Assembly: GCA_937995645.1 (NCBI GenBank)
Contig: CALKJP010000007.1
Location: forward strand, 1 to 52,716
DNA length: 52,716 nucleotides
Reading direction: 5' to 3'
Source: an uncultured Bacteroidia bacterium
GTDB taxonomy: Bacteria; Bacteroidota; Bacteroidia; JACCXN01
Shown: positions 1-7,549 of the stretch, piece by piece
Layout: each line of letters starts with the position of its first letter
Numbering within the stretch: position 1 is the first letter of the stretch
Translations under genes and position numbers: made by a program
The notes under the pieces: generated by a model
What the model saw: the letters and a program-made list of their open reading frames with translations, nothing else
The model's database searches: none
Told to the model about the DNA's origin: nothing

Positions 1-15
1 GCACTTTATTGTGTT

Positions 16-711
16 ATGACAGTATTAATTTCAGGAGCATCAAAAGGTATTGGCAAGGCTATCGCAGTAGCTTGTGCTGCCAAAGGATTTAACTTAGCCT
101 TAGCAGCAAGATCGCTCAATGATTTGAGTGAATTAAAAAATGAAATTACCCGCCAATATCCTCATTTAAAAATCTCTGTTCATTCCGTTGATTTTTCAAA
201 TAATTTACAAATCGAATCTTTTGTTAAATCGGTATTAGCTGAACATCAAAAAATAGATGTTTTAGTAAATAACGTAGGAAACTATAAAGAAGATAATGTT
301 ACAACATCAATTTCTTTATTAGACGAAATGTTGAATATTAATTTAAAAAGTGCTTATTATTTAAGCAGGTTAATTATTCCTCAACTCAAAGCAGGTGACT
401 GCATTATTAATATCTGTTCCATATTGAGTAAAAATGTAAGAAAAGAAGCAGCATCATACACTATTTCAAAACACGCCCTGTATGGTTTTAATAATGCTTT
501 AAGAGAAGAATTGCGAGATAAAAAAATTAAAGTAACAGCTATTTTGCCGAGCTCTGTTTATACCCCTTCATGGGAAGGAATTACGATAAATAAAAACGAA
601 TTAATTCAAGCAGCAGATGTAGCAAAGGCAGTTTTATTTGCCATAGAATGTTCACCAAATACAGTAGCAGAAGAAATAATAATCCGTCCTATTACTTTTG
701 ATAATCAATAA
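16..711 (+). CDS. SDR family short-chain dehydrogenase/reductase
   Basis: 231-aa ORF. Rossmann motif ISGASKGIGKA, NNVG, and catalytic YxxxK (YTISK). Confidence 0.85.
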   Translation: MTVLISGASKGIGKAIAVACAAKGFNLALAARSLNDLSELKNEITRQYPHLKISVHSVDFSNNLQIESFVKSVLAEHQKIDVLVNNVGNYKEDNVTTSISLLDEMLNINLKSAYYLSRLIIPQLKAGDCIINICSILSKNVRKEAASYTISKHALYGFNNALREELRDKKIKVTAILPSSVYTPSWEGITINKNELIQAADVAKAVLFAIECSPNTVAEEIIIRPITFDNQ

Positions 712-716
712 TAAAC

Positions 717-1469
717 GTGGGAAAAAACAAATTACAACGATTTGCCGAAAACAAAACTTTCGAAAATGTTTTTGAACCGCCTTATGAAACGGTTAGCAAA
801 AACGCTTTTGAATTAAAAGGGAAATGGCACGAATCATATTTTAAAAATAATTTTCCGATAGTGTTGGAACTTGGTTGCGGAAGAGGCGAATACACAGTTG
901 GATTAGCACAGCTTTATCCAGAAAAAAATTTTATCGGTATGGATATAAAAGGAGCACGCCTTTGGCATGGAGCAAACTATGCATTAAAAAACAACATTCA
1001 AAATATTGCTTTTGTAAGAACCCGTATTGATTTTATTGAAAGCATTTTTGATAAAAATGAGGTGAGTGAAATCTGGATTACCTTTCCCGATCCACAACCT
1101 TCTACTGCTAAAGAATTTAAACGTCTTACCTCCTCCCGATTTTTAAATCGTTATAAAAATGTATTGAAAAATAATGGAATTATTCATTTAAAAACCGATA
1201 ATGCCGGTTTGTTCAAATACACATTAGAGGTAATTAAACATTACGAATTACCTCTTTATTTTTATACCGATAATTTGTATGAATTACAAGAAACAGAAAA
1301 CATTCACATTAAAGAAGCACGTGTATTTAAAACCTATTATGAAGAATTGTTTAGCGGCAAAGGCCACAACATTCACTACATACGATTTGGACTAAACGAA
1401 AAAGATTTACCGGAAGAAAAACTTTCTCACAAACTTGAGAAATACGGAATACTAAATGAGCCACGATAA
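717..1469 (+). CDS. trmB: tRNA (guanine-N7)-methyltransferase
   Basis: 250-aa ORF with a GTG start 6 nt after the SDR stop. SAM motif VLELGCGRGE, and a TrmB-type ITFPDPQP block. Confidence 0.85.
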   Translation: MGKNKLQRFAENKTFENVFEPPYETVSKNAFELKGKWHESYFKNNFPIVLELGCGRGEYTVGLAQLYPEKNFIGMDIKGARLWHGANYALKNNIQNIAFVRTRIDFIESIFDKNEVSEIWITFPDPQPSTAKEFKRLTSSRFLNRYKNVLKNNGIIHLKTDNAGLFKYTLEVIKHYELPLYFYTDNLYELQETENIHIKEARVFKTYYEELFSGKGHNIHYIRFGLNEKDLPEEKLSHKLEKYGILNEPR

Positions 1470-1794
1470 GGATTTTTTTGAAATGGTGTATCAAGTTGTA
1501 CGCCTTATTCCAAAAGGCAGAGTTACCTCTTATGGAGCTATTGCAAAATATCTTGGAGCAGCACGCTCTTCACGCATGGTAGGCTGGGCTATGAATGCCT
1601 CACATTCGCAAAAAGAATATGTACCTGCTCACCGCGTAGTAAACCGCAAAGGATTATTAACTGGTAAACATCATTTTAAAACTCCTTTTGAAATGCAAGA
1701 ACTTTTAGAATCAGAAGGTGTTTTAGTTAAAGACAATAAAATTATCCATTTCGAAAAATACTTTTGGGATCCCAATAAAGAATTAGAACTATGA
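1456..1794 (+). CDS. MGMT-family DNA-binding protein, alkyltransferase-like (ATL; no acceptor Cys)
   Basis: 112 aa. The MGMT helix-turn-helix region is RVTSYGAIA. The active-site motif reads PAHRV instead of PCHRV. It overlaps trmB by 14 nt and mrp by 4 nt. Confidence 0.8.
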   Translation: MSHDKDFFEMVYQVVRLIPKGRVTSYGAIAKYLGAARSSRMVGWAMNASHSQKEYVPAHRVVNRKGLLTGKHHFKTPFEMQELLESEGVLVKDNKIIHFEKYFWDPNKELEL

Positions 1795-2876
1795 GTAAAG
1801 AATTAAGTATTGAAAAAATAAAAGACGCCCTATCGTACGTTATTGAACCCGATTTAAAAAAAGATATTATAGCCTTAGATTTAGTAAAAGATTTAATAAT
1901 TGATGGGAAGCAAATTTCTTTTACCCTTTACATAAATAACCCTGCAATGCACAGCAGAAAACGCATGCAGGAGGCATGCGAACATGCAATAGAAAGAAAC
2001 ATAGGCAAAGGATTTAAAGTAGATATAAATATTGAAGCATTACCTCCTGAAAATAAAAGAGCATCCGAATTAAGAACTGTATTGCCAGGAGTAAAATATA
2101 TTGTTGCAGTTTCATCAGGAAAAGGCGGAGTAGGAAAATCTACAGTAGCCTCTAACTTGGCAGTTGCTTTAGCCAACATGGATTTTAAAGTTGGATTAAT
2201 TGATGCAGATATATATGGGCCATCTGTCCCAACCATGTTTGATGTAGAAAATGAAAAACCAAATCTTACTGAAGTAAACGGTAAAACTTACATTAAACCT
2301 ATCGAAAGCCATGGTGTAAAACTTCTTTCTATTGGTTTTTTTGCAGATTTATCGCAAGCAATAGTTTGGCGCGGACCTATGGCAACCAAAGCACTTAATC
2401 AAATGTTTACTGACAGCTATTGGGGCGAACTGGATTTTATGATTATTGATTTACCTCCCGGAACAGGCGATATTCATCTATCACTCATACAACTTGTACC
2501 ACTAACAGGAGCCATAATTGTAAGCACTCCTCAAAAAGTTGCTTTGTCAGATGCCCAAAAAGGAGCAGCAATGTTTATGCTTCCTTCTGTAAATGTTCCA
2601 ATATTAGGAATTGTTGAAAATATGTCGTGGTTTACTCCTGCCGAACTACCTGAAAACAAATACTTTATATTTGGAAAAGATGGTGCAAAAAAATTAGCAG
2701 AAAAATTAAATGTCCCTTTATTAGGTCAGATTCCCTTAGTACAAAGCATTTGCGAAGCAGGCGATGTAGGAAGGCCGGTTGTAATGCAAGAAACAACTCC
2801 ACAAGCAATAGCTTTTAGAGAACTAGCCAGAAATGTAATTAATACCATTGTAAAGACAAATCTTGCAAAAACTTAA
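1791..2876 (+). CDS. apbC: Mrp/NBP35 family iron-sulfur cluster carrier ATPase
   Basis: 361 aa. N-terminal DUF59-like segment, deviant Walker A SGKGGVGKST, and a typical Mrp core. Confidence 0.9.
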   Translation: MSKELSIEKIKDALSYVIEPDLKKDIIALDLVKDLIIDGKQISFTLYINNPAMHSRKRMQEACEHAIERNIGKGFKVDINIEALPPENKRASELRTVLPGVKYIVAVSSGKGGVGKSTVASNLAVALANMDFKVGLIDADIYGPSVPTMFDVENEKPNLTEVNGKTYIKPIESHGVKLLSIGFFADLSQAIVWRGPMATKALNQMFTDSYWGELDFMIIDLPPGTGDIHLSLIQLVPLTGAIIVSTPQKVALSDAQKGAAMFMLPSVNVPILGIVENMSWFTPAELPENKYFIFGKDGAKKLAEKLNVPLLGQIPLVQSICEAGDVGRPVVMQETTPQAIAFRELARNVINTIVKTNLAKT

Positions 2877-2895
2877 AAAATTGTATATTTGAAAA

Positions 2896-3150
2896 ATGGA
2901 GCAATTAACAATTAATAAAACTGCCGTTTCAAAAATTATTGAAGAAACCTTGACACAACTTCGCCCTTTTTTGGAAGCTGATGGAGGAGATATGGAGTTT
3001 GTTGAAATTACAGATGAAGGTGTGGTAAAAGTTAAATTATTAGGTGCTTGCTCAAACTGCTCCATGAGCAACATGACTTTGAAAGCGGGAGTTGAAGAAG
3101 CCTTAAAAAAGGCCGTTCCTCAAATAAAATCTGTTGAAGCAATTAACTAA
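2896..3150 (+). CDS. NifU-like (C-terminal domain) Fe-S scaffold protein
   Basis: 84 aa. LRPFLEADGGD...GACSNCSMS, the CxxC motif typical of the NifU C-terminal domain. Confidence 0.85.
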   Translation: MEQLTINKTAVSKIIEETLTQLRPFLEADGGDMEFVEITDEGVVKVKLLGACSNCSMSNMTLKAGVEEALKKAVPQIKSVEAIN

Positions 3151-3171
3151 AACTAACTATGCTAAAATAAG

Positions 3172-3204
3172 AAAGCCCTTTCAAATTATTGAAAAGGGCT
3201 TTTT
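3172..3204. terminator. Bidirectional hairpin terminator between convergent genes
   Basis: 10-bp stem aaagcccttt / aaagggcttt (3172-3181 and 3193-3202), flanked by A and T runs. Confidence 0.6.
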
Positions 3205-3222
3205 AATTGATTTTAAAAAATC

Positions 3223-3432
3223 TTAGTTAGTAGCAGGAGCTTCGGTTGCAGTAGAATCTGTTGCTTCAGCAGCTTCTGTAGACTCTTCAGCAGATTGCTC
3301 AAGTTCTTGGAACATTTGCTCAACAGCAGCTTGAGCTTCTTCTTCTGCTTTCTTTTTCTCTTCTTCAGATGGACCACAAGCAACTAAAGAAATCATGCTA
3401 GCAGCCACTAAAAATGCAAAAAACTTTTTCAT
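3223..3432 (-). CDS. Small acidic lipoprotein, unknown function
   Basis: 69 aa. Signal peptide with lipobox SLVAC, followed by an E/A/T-rich low-complexity tail. Confidence 0.55.
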   Translation of the reverse strand: MKKFFAFLVAASMISLVACGPSEEEKKKAEEEAQAAVEQMFQELEQSAEESTEAAEATDSTATEAPATN

Positions 3433-3528
3433 TTTGTTTAATTTTTGAGTTAATGGTTAGTGGTTTAAGTCTGCAAATTTATAATTAAATTTTAATATAA
3501 CAAATTAAAATTCACTGGTATTAAAAAT

Positions 3529-5685
3529 TTACTGAACTATTTTCATCTCTTTCAGCAAATGACCTGCTCCGGCAAACTTGTCAATAATAAATAAAATGTA
3601 ACGTGAATCAACTACAATGGTTCTTTGCAATTCCGGCTCAAAAGCAATGTCGCCACTCATTGCTTCCCAGTTGCCATCAAATGCACAGCCAATTAAATTG
3701 CCGTCTCCATCAATTACCGGGCTACCTGAATTTCCTCCGGTGATATCATTATTGGTAATAAAACAAACTCTCAGCTTTCCATCTTTATCTGCATACATTC
3801 CATAATCTTTCTTATTATATAAATCTTTAAGTTTGGCAGGAACAATAAACTCTTCATTTTTGGGATCTTCTTTTTCCATTATCCCTTCCAGTGTGGTATA
3901 GTAATTATAATATACAGCATCTCTTGGATAATAATCTAATACATTACCATAGGTTAAGCGCATGGTAAAATTTGCATCGGGATAAAATTTTTTTTCAGGT
4001 TGCATTTCTCTTAAACCGGCAATAAACAAGCGACTAGCTTTTGCATCTAAATCTTTTGTTGCTCCTGCCTTTGGAGAGATATTCATTTGCGCATTGGTAA
4101 TTATGGATTGCATACAGATAAATGCAGGATCTTTTGCCAATACTTTTGTAGAAGGATTTTCCAAAAACTTCATGTAACGTTCTTTTGTTGCAAATACTGA
4201 TTTGGCAAACATTTCAGCTACATATTTATTAAAGTCGCCTTTGTATTTTGTTTTAATTGTGTTGAAGATTTCAGGGTGCTGATCAGCCGGAACATCTTCA
4301 TAATACATTTTTAAAAGTGCTGCTGTAATTTTTTGATCAGTTGGAGTGTTATAATCTTTAAAATGATCTTCTGCCATTGCTTTCATGCTCTCTACAGCTT
4401 TTGCAATAGCTTCTTTATCGCCACCTGCAAGAGCCATATTTAGCTGCATATTTCTAAGCGCAAACAAAATAATTTCTGAACCAAATGCGGCTTCTTGTAA
4501 ATAAACCTGCGAAAGAATATACTTTCCGGTATTTTCATATACTTTTTCGAAATCTGAAATTACAGAACCATATTTCTTTTGTCTTACTTCATCTTTTGCG
4601 GCCCAAGCCATAAAATCGGCCTCCAATTGTTTTTTCTTATCATATACCTTAAGCCTTTTTAAACCTGCTGTTTGCCCCATAAAATATTTCCAGTAATTAC
4701 TTACCTGAGCATATTTTGAAGAATATTTTATTCTTACTTCATCGCTTTTGTCCATGTCTTCCTTCATAAGACGTAAGCGCTCTTCACGAATTTTTACGCG
4801 CGCAGGTTGGTCTTTTTCTATTGCTTGTTTAACTCCAAAAGAAGTTAAATATCTATCGGTACTTCCAGGGTATCCCATAATCATGGCAAAATCTTTTTGC
4901 TGCACTCCTTTTAATGATACAGGCAAGAAATGGCGCGGTTTTAATGGAACATTATCTTTTGAGTAATCGGCTGGTTTTCCATCAGGACCAGTGTAAATGC
5001 GCAACAATGCAAAATCTCCTGTATGACGCGGCCACATCCAATTATCGGTATCGCCTCCAAATTTTCCGATAGATGAAGGAGGTGCTCCTACTAAACGTAC
5101 ATCTCTATATGTTTCGTAAACAAATAAATAATACTCATTTCCATCAAGCATGGATTTTACATCAGCATTGTAGTGCGTATCTTTAGTAGCTTCAGCTTTA
5201 ATTTCAGCGATTACCTTTTTAATTTTAGATGTCCTTTCCTGCTCATTCATTTCGTCTGTTACAACAGCTAAAACTCTTGCAGTAACGTCTTCCATTCTTA
5301 CCAGAAATGAAGCGGTTAAGCCTTGGTTGGGCAACTCCTGTTCGCGTGTCATTGCCCAAAAACCATCGGTTAAATAATCGTTTTTTACAGAGCTATGTGA
5401 TTGAATAGCATCGTATGCACAATGGTGATTGGTTAATAATAAACCTTCTCCCGAAATAACTTCGGCAGTACAAAAACCTCCTAATTGTACAATTGCATCT
5501 TTTATACTTGATTTATTGATATTGTAAATATCATCAGCCGATAATTTTAAACCGGCTTTTTGCATATCGCCCTCATTTAACTTTTTTAGTAAAAGTGGCA
5601 ACCACATTCCTTCATCAGCCTTTACATTAACAACGAAAAGTAATGCTAAGGAAATTGCAGAAATTAATTTAAAAACTTTGTTCAT
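3529..5685 (-). CDS. S46 family dipeptidyl-peptidase (DPP7-like)
   Basis: Start moved to ATG 5685, giving signal peptide MNKVFKLISAISLALLFVVNVKA then DEGMWLP. Catalytic His in LTNHHC and Ser in TGGNSGSPV. FDGNWE has Gly where, as I recall, DPP11 has Arg. Confidence 0.85.
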   Translation of the reverse strand: MNKVFKLISAISLALLFVVNVKADEGMWLPLLLKKLNEGDMQKAGLKLSADDIYNINKSSIKDAIVQLGGFCTAEVISGEGLLLTNHHCAYDAIQSHSSVKNDYLTDGFWAMTREQELPNQGLTASFLVRMEDVTARVLAVVTDEMNEQERTSKIKKVIAEIKAEATKDTHYNADVKSMLDGNEYYLFVYETYRDVRLVGAPPSSIGKFGGDTDNWMWPRHTGDFALLRIYTGPDGKPADYSKDNVPLKPRHFLPVSLKGVQQKDFAMIMGYPGSTDRYLTSFGVKQAIEKDQPARVKIREERLRLMKEDMDKSDEVRIKYSSKYAQVSNYWKYFMGQTAGLKRLKVYDKKKQLEADFMAWAAKDEVRQKKYGSVISDFEKVYENTGKYILSQVYLQEAAFGSEIILFALRNMQLNMALAGGDKEAIAKAVESMKAMAEDHFKDYNTPTDQKITAALLKMYYEDVPADQHPEIFNTIKTKYKGDFNKYVAEMFAKSVFATKERYMKFLENPSTKVLAKDPAFICMQSIITNAQMNISPKAGATKDLDAKASRLFIAGLREMQPEKKFYPDANFTMRLTYGNVLDYYPRDAVYYNYYTTLEGIMEKEDPKNEEFIVPAKLKDLYNKKDYGMYADKDGKLRVCFITNNDITGGNSGSPVIDGDGNLIGCAFDGNWEAMSGDIAFEPELQRTIVVDSRYILFIIDKFAGAGHLLKEMKIVQ

Positions 5686-5885
5686 CTTAATTGGGTTATT
5701 TGATACTTTAAAAAATTGAGAAATGCGAATATACAAGCATTCGCAAATGCTGCAAAATATTTCGACAAATTAAGAAATAGGCTTGTTTTTACAGAGAATT
5801 AAGAACATTAAATCATATAATACATGAAACATAATTTTTGTATTTCACTTATTTAATAAATATAAAGTAATATGCCATAATGCAA

Positions 5886-5913
5886 AAAAGTCCAAACTTG
5901 CATTTGGACTTTT
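5886..5913 (-). terminator. Second copy of the tRNA-Asn terminator hairpin
   Basis: Identical 11-bp stem aaaagtccaaa / tttggactttt with a 6-nt loop. It is part of a 59-nt direct repeat with 6254-6312. Confidence 0.6.
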
Positions 5914-5914
5914 G

Positions 5915-6004
5915 CTCCCCCTCTTTCCCGATGTTTCGGGAGAACCAAGGACCCCATGATTAATCCCGCACATGCGGGACTCTAACCAGATGAGCTAATT
6001 CTCC
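5915..6004 (-). pseudogene. Degenerate tRNA-Asn-like copy (non-functional cloverleaf)
   Basis: The D-arm, a 22-nt TTAATCATGGGGTCCTTGGTTC block and the 3' acceptor strand match tRNA-Asn. The anticodon region and T-loop are each replaced by a 16-nt palindrome, and the 5' acceptor strand GGAGAAT cannot pair with AGGGGGA. Confidence 0.7.
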
Positions 6005-6265
6005 TTCTAATTTTTCGTCATTTATTATTTGCTCTATCAATTTCCTGCTCTTCTGTTTCTTTATATACTTCTCTATTCTCATGGCATCCCCTCTTTCTTC
6101 TGAAACATAAAACACCGACTTAATCTCCCAATCTTTATACTTGCCCGTATATTTTGTTGAGTCATTTTGCAAATGCTGCGCTATTCTTGCTGTAATATCT
6201 CTTGTATGGCCAACATAATATTTGTCGGCCAATTGTGAATATAATATGTAAATGTAATATGCCAT
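5960..6265 (-). CDS. GIY-YIG nuclease family protein (YhbQ/COG2827-like)
   Basis: 101 aa from ATG 6265. YIYILYS...KYYVGHT...R...H...E motifs. The last 14 codons and the TAA stop lie inside the tRNA-like copy. Confidence 0.8.
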   Translation of the reverse strand: MAYYIYILYSQLADKYYVGHTRDITARIAQHLQNDSTKYTGKYKDWEIKSVFYVSEERGDAMRIEKYIKKQKSRKLIEQIINDEKLEGELAHLVRVPHVRD

Positions 6266-6272
6266 AAAGCAA

Positions 6273-6300
6273 AAAAGTCCAAACTTGCATTTGGACTTTT
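6273..6300 (-). terminator. Rho-independent terminator of tRNA-Asn
   Basis: 11-bp stem, 6-nt loop, then a T-run on the minus strand. It begins 1 nt 3' of the tRNA. Confidence 0.7.
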
Positions 6301-6301
6301 G

Positions 6302-6375
6302 CTCCCCCTCTTGGGCTCGAACCAAGGACCCCATGATTAACAGTCATGTGCTCTAACCAGCTGAGCTAAGGAGGA
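6302..6375 (-). tRNA. tRNA-Asn (anticodon GUU)
   Basis: Hand-folded 74-nt cloverleaf. Acceptor TCCTCCT/AGGGGGA, D-arm GCTC-AGCTGGTTA-GAGC, anticodon arm CATGA-CTGTTAA-TCATG, T-arm CTTGG-TTCGAGC-CCAAG. CCA is not encoded. Confidence 0.9.
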
Positions 6376-6403
6376 TTATTCTTTTTTATTTTATTCCTTT
6401 TTT

Positions 6404-6450
6404 GCTCCTCATGAATAATCCCGTAGGTACGGGACTCTAACCAATTGAAC
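6404..6450 (-). pseudogene. Third, truncated tRNA-Asn-like / GIY-YIG-tail remnant
   Basis: TTGGTTAGAGTCCCGTACCTACGGGATTATTCATGAGGAGC parallels the D-arm plus palindrome module at 5960-5998. In the same frame it reads LVRVPYLRDYS-stop. Confidence 0.5.
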
Positions 6451-6508
6451 AAACAAGGAAATTTGTTTTTGGGAGTGCAATATTAGTATTTGATTCATAA
6501 ATATGCAA

Positions 6509-6516
6509 TATATTTG
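6509..6516 (+). promoter_or_regulatory. Candidate Bacteroidota -7 promoter box for the PfkB kinase gene
   Basis: TATATTTG matches TAnnTTTG, 38 nt upstream of ATG 6554. Confidence 0.35.
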
Positions 6517-6553
6517 TGCAAATTTTTTCATTCACTTTAAAATCTCTTTTATA

Positions 6554-7480
6554 ATGAGCTTATTAGTTGTTGGCACGGTTGCTTATGATGCAATTGAAAC
6601 CCCATTTGGCAAAACAGATAAAATTTTAGGAGGTGCGGCTACCTATATTTCATTGGCGGCCTCTTATTTCACTAAAAACATCAATCTGGTATCGGTTGTA
6701 GGTGGAGATTTTGACAAAAAATATCTTGAAATACTTAAAAAGCATCATGTAAATACAGATGGTATTCAAATTAAAGAAAACGAAAAAACATTTTTCTGGG
6801 CAGGAAAATACCATATTGATATGAACACCAGAGACACACTTGATACGCAGCTTAATGTTCTTGCAGATTTCAACCCAATAGTGCCAGATAATATGCGCAA
6901 TCCCGATTTTTTAATGCTGGGCAATTTAATGCCATCATTACAAATGAAGGTTTTAAACCAAATGAAAGAGCGTCCTAAATTGGTTGTGTTGGACACCATG
7001 AATTTCTGGATAGAAGTAGCCATAGAAGATTTATTAAAAGTTATTTCTCGAGTTGATGTTTTAACTATTAACGATGAAGAAGCAAGATTGCTTTCTAATG
7101 AATACTCGCTGGTTAAAGCTGCACAAAAAATTCTTGATTTAGGTCCTAAATATCTGATAATTAAAAAAGGAGAGCATGGTGCACTTTTATTTAATAAAGA
7201 ACAAGTATTTTTTGCTCCGGCATTACCTTTAGAGGAAGTATTTGACCCAACCGGTGCAGGAGATAGTTTTGCAGGTGGATTTATTGGTTATTTAGCTCAA
7301 ACCAAAGATATCTCGTTTGAAAATTTAAAACGTGCTATTATATTCGGTTCTGCTACTGCTTCGTTTTGTGTTGAGAAATTTGGTACTGAACGATTGATTG
7401 GTTTATCGCAAGAAGAGGTTGATGAACGCGTTCAGGAATTTATAAATTTGGTGCAATTCGATATTTCATTAGTAGATTAA
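6554..7480 (+). CDS. PfkB family carbohydrate kinase
   Basis: Start moved to ATG 6554 (MSLLVVGTVAYD). C-terminal PfkB motif DPTGAGDSFAGGF. Confidence 0.8.
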   Translation: MSLLVVGTVAYDAIETPFGKTDKILGGAATYISLAASYFTKNINLVSVVGGDFDKKYLEILKKHHVNTDGIQIKENEKTFFWAGKYHIDMNTRDTLDTQLNVLADFNPIVPDNMRNPDFLMLGNLMPSLQMKVLNQMKERPKLVVLDTMNFWIEVAIEDLLKVISRVDVLTINDEEARLLSNEYSLVKAAQKILDLGPKYLIIKKGEHGALLFNKEQVFFAPALPLEEVFDPTGAGDSFAGGFIGYLAQTKDISFENLKRAIIFGSATASFCVEKFGTERLIGLSQEEVDERVQEFINLVQFDISLVD

Positions 7481-7492
7481 TAATATTTACCT

Positions 7493-7534
7493 AACACAAA
7501 AAAAGGAGAGGTTAGCCTCTCCTTTTTTTGTGTT
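7493..7534. terminator. Bidirectional terminator between the PfkB kinase gene and fumC
   Basis: Perfect 19-bp stem (7493-7511 / 7516-7534) with a 4-nt loop, and A7/T7 runs inside the arms. Confidence 0.75.
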
Positions 7535-7549
7535 TCAACTCTTCGAGTT

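Noticed and set aside
3529-5736. Longer N-terminal extensions offered by the ORF track for several genes: 3529-5736, 6503-7480, 12162-13781, 30537-32846 (TTG), 33193-33594 (TTG), 34271-35116 (TTG) and 38416-39000 (GTG).
   Set aside because: In each case an internal ATG gives a canonical signal peptide or the conserved family N-terminus. The extension would also overlap a predicted promoter box or the preceding gene.
5960-6334. The 124-aa version of the GIY-YIG ORF, and the overlapping 61-aa ORF at 6162-6347.
   Set aside because: The extra N-terminal 23 codons (MGSLVRAQEGEQKSKCKFGLFCF) are simply the translation of the tRNA-Asn 3' half and its terminator hairpin. The GIY-YIG motif starts right at the internal ATG 6265. 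The 61-aa ORF is an out-of-frame read-through of the same tRNA.
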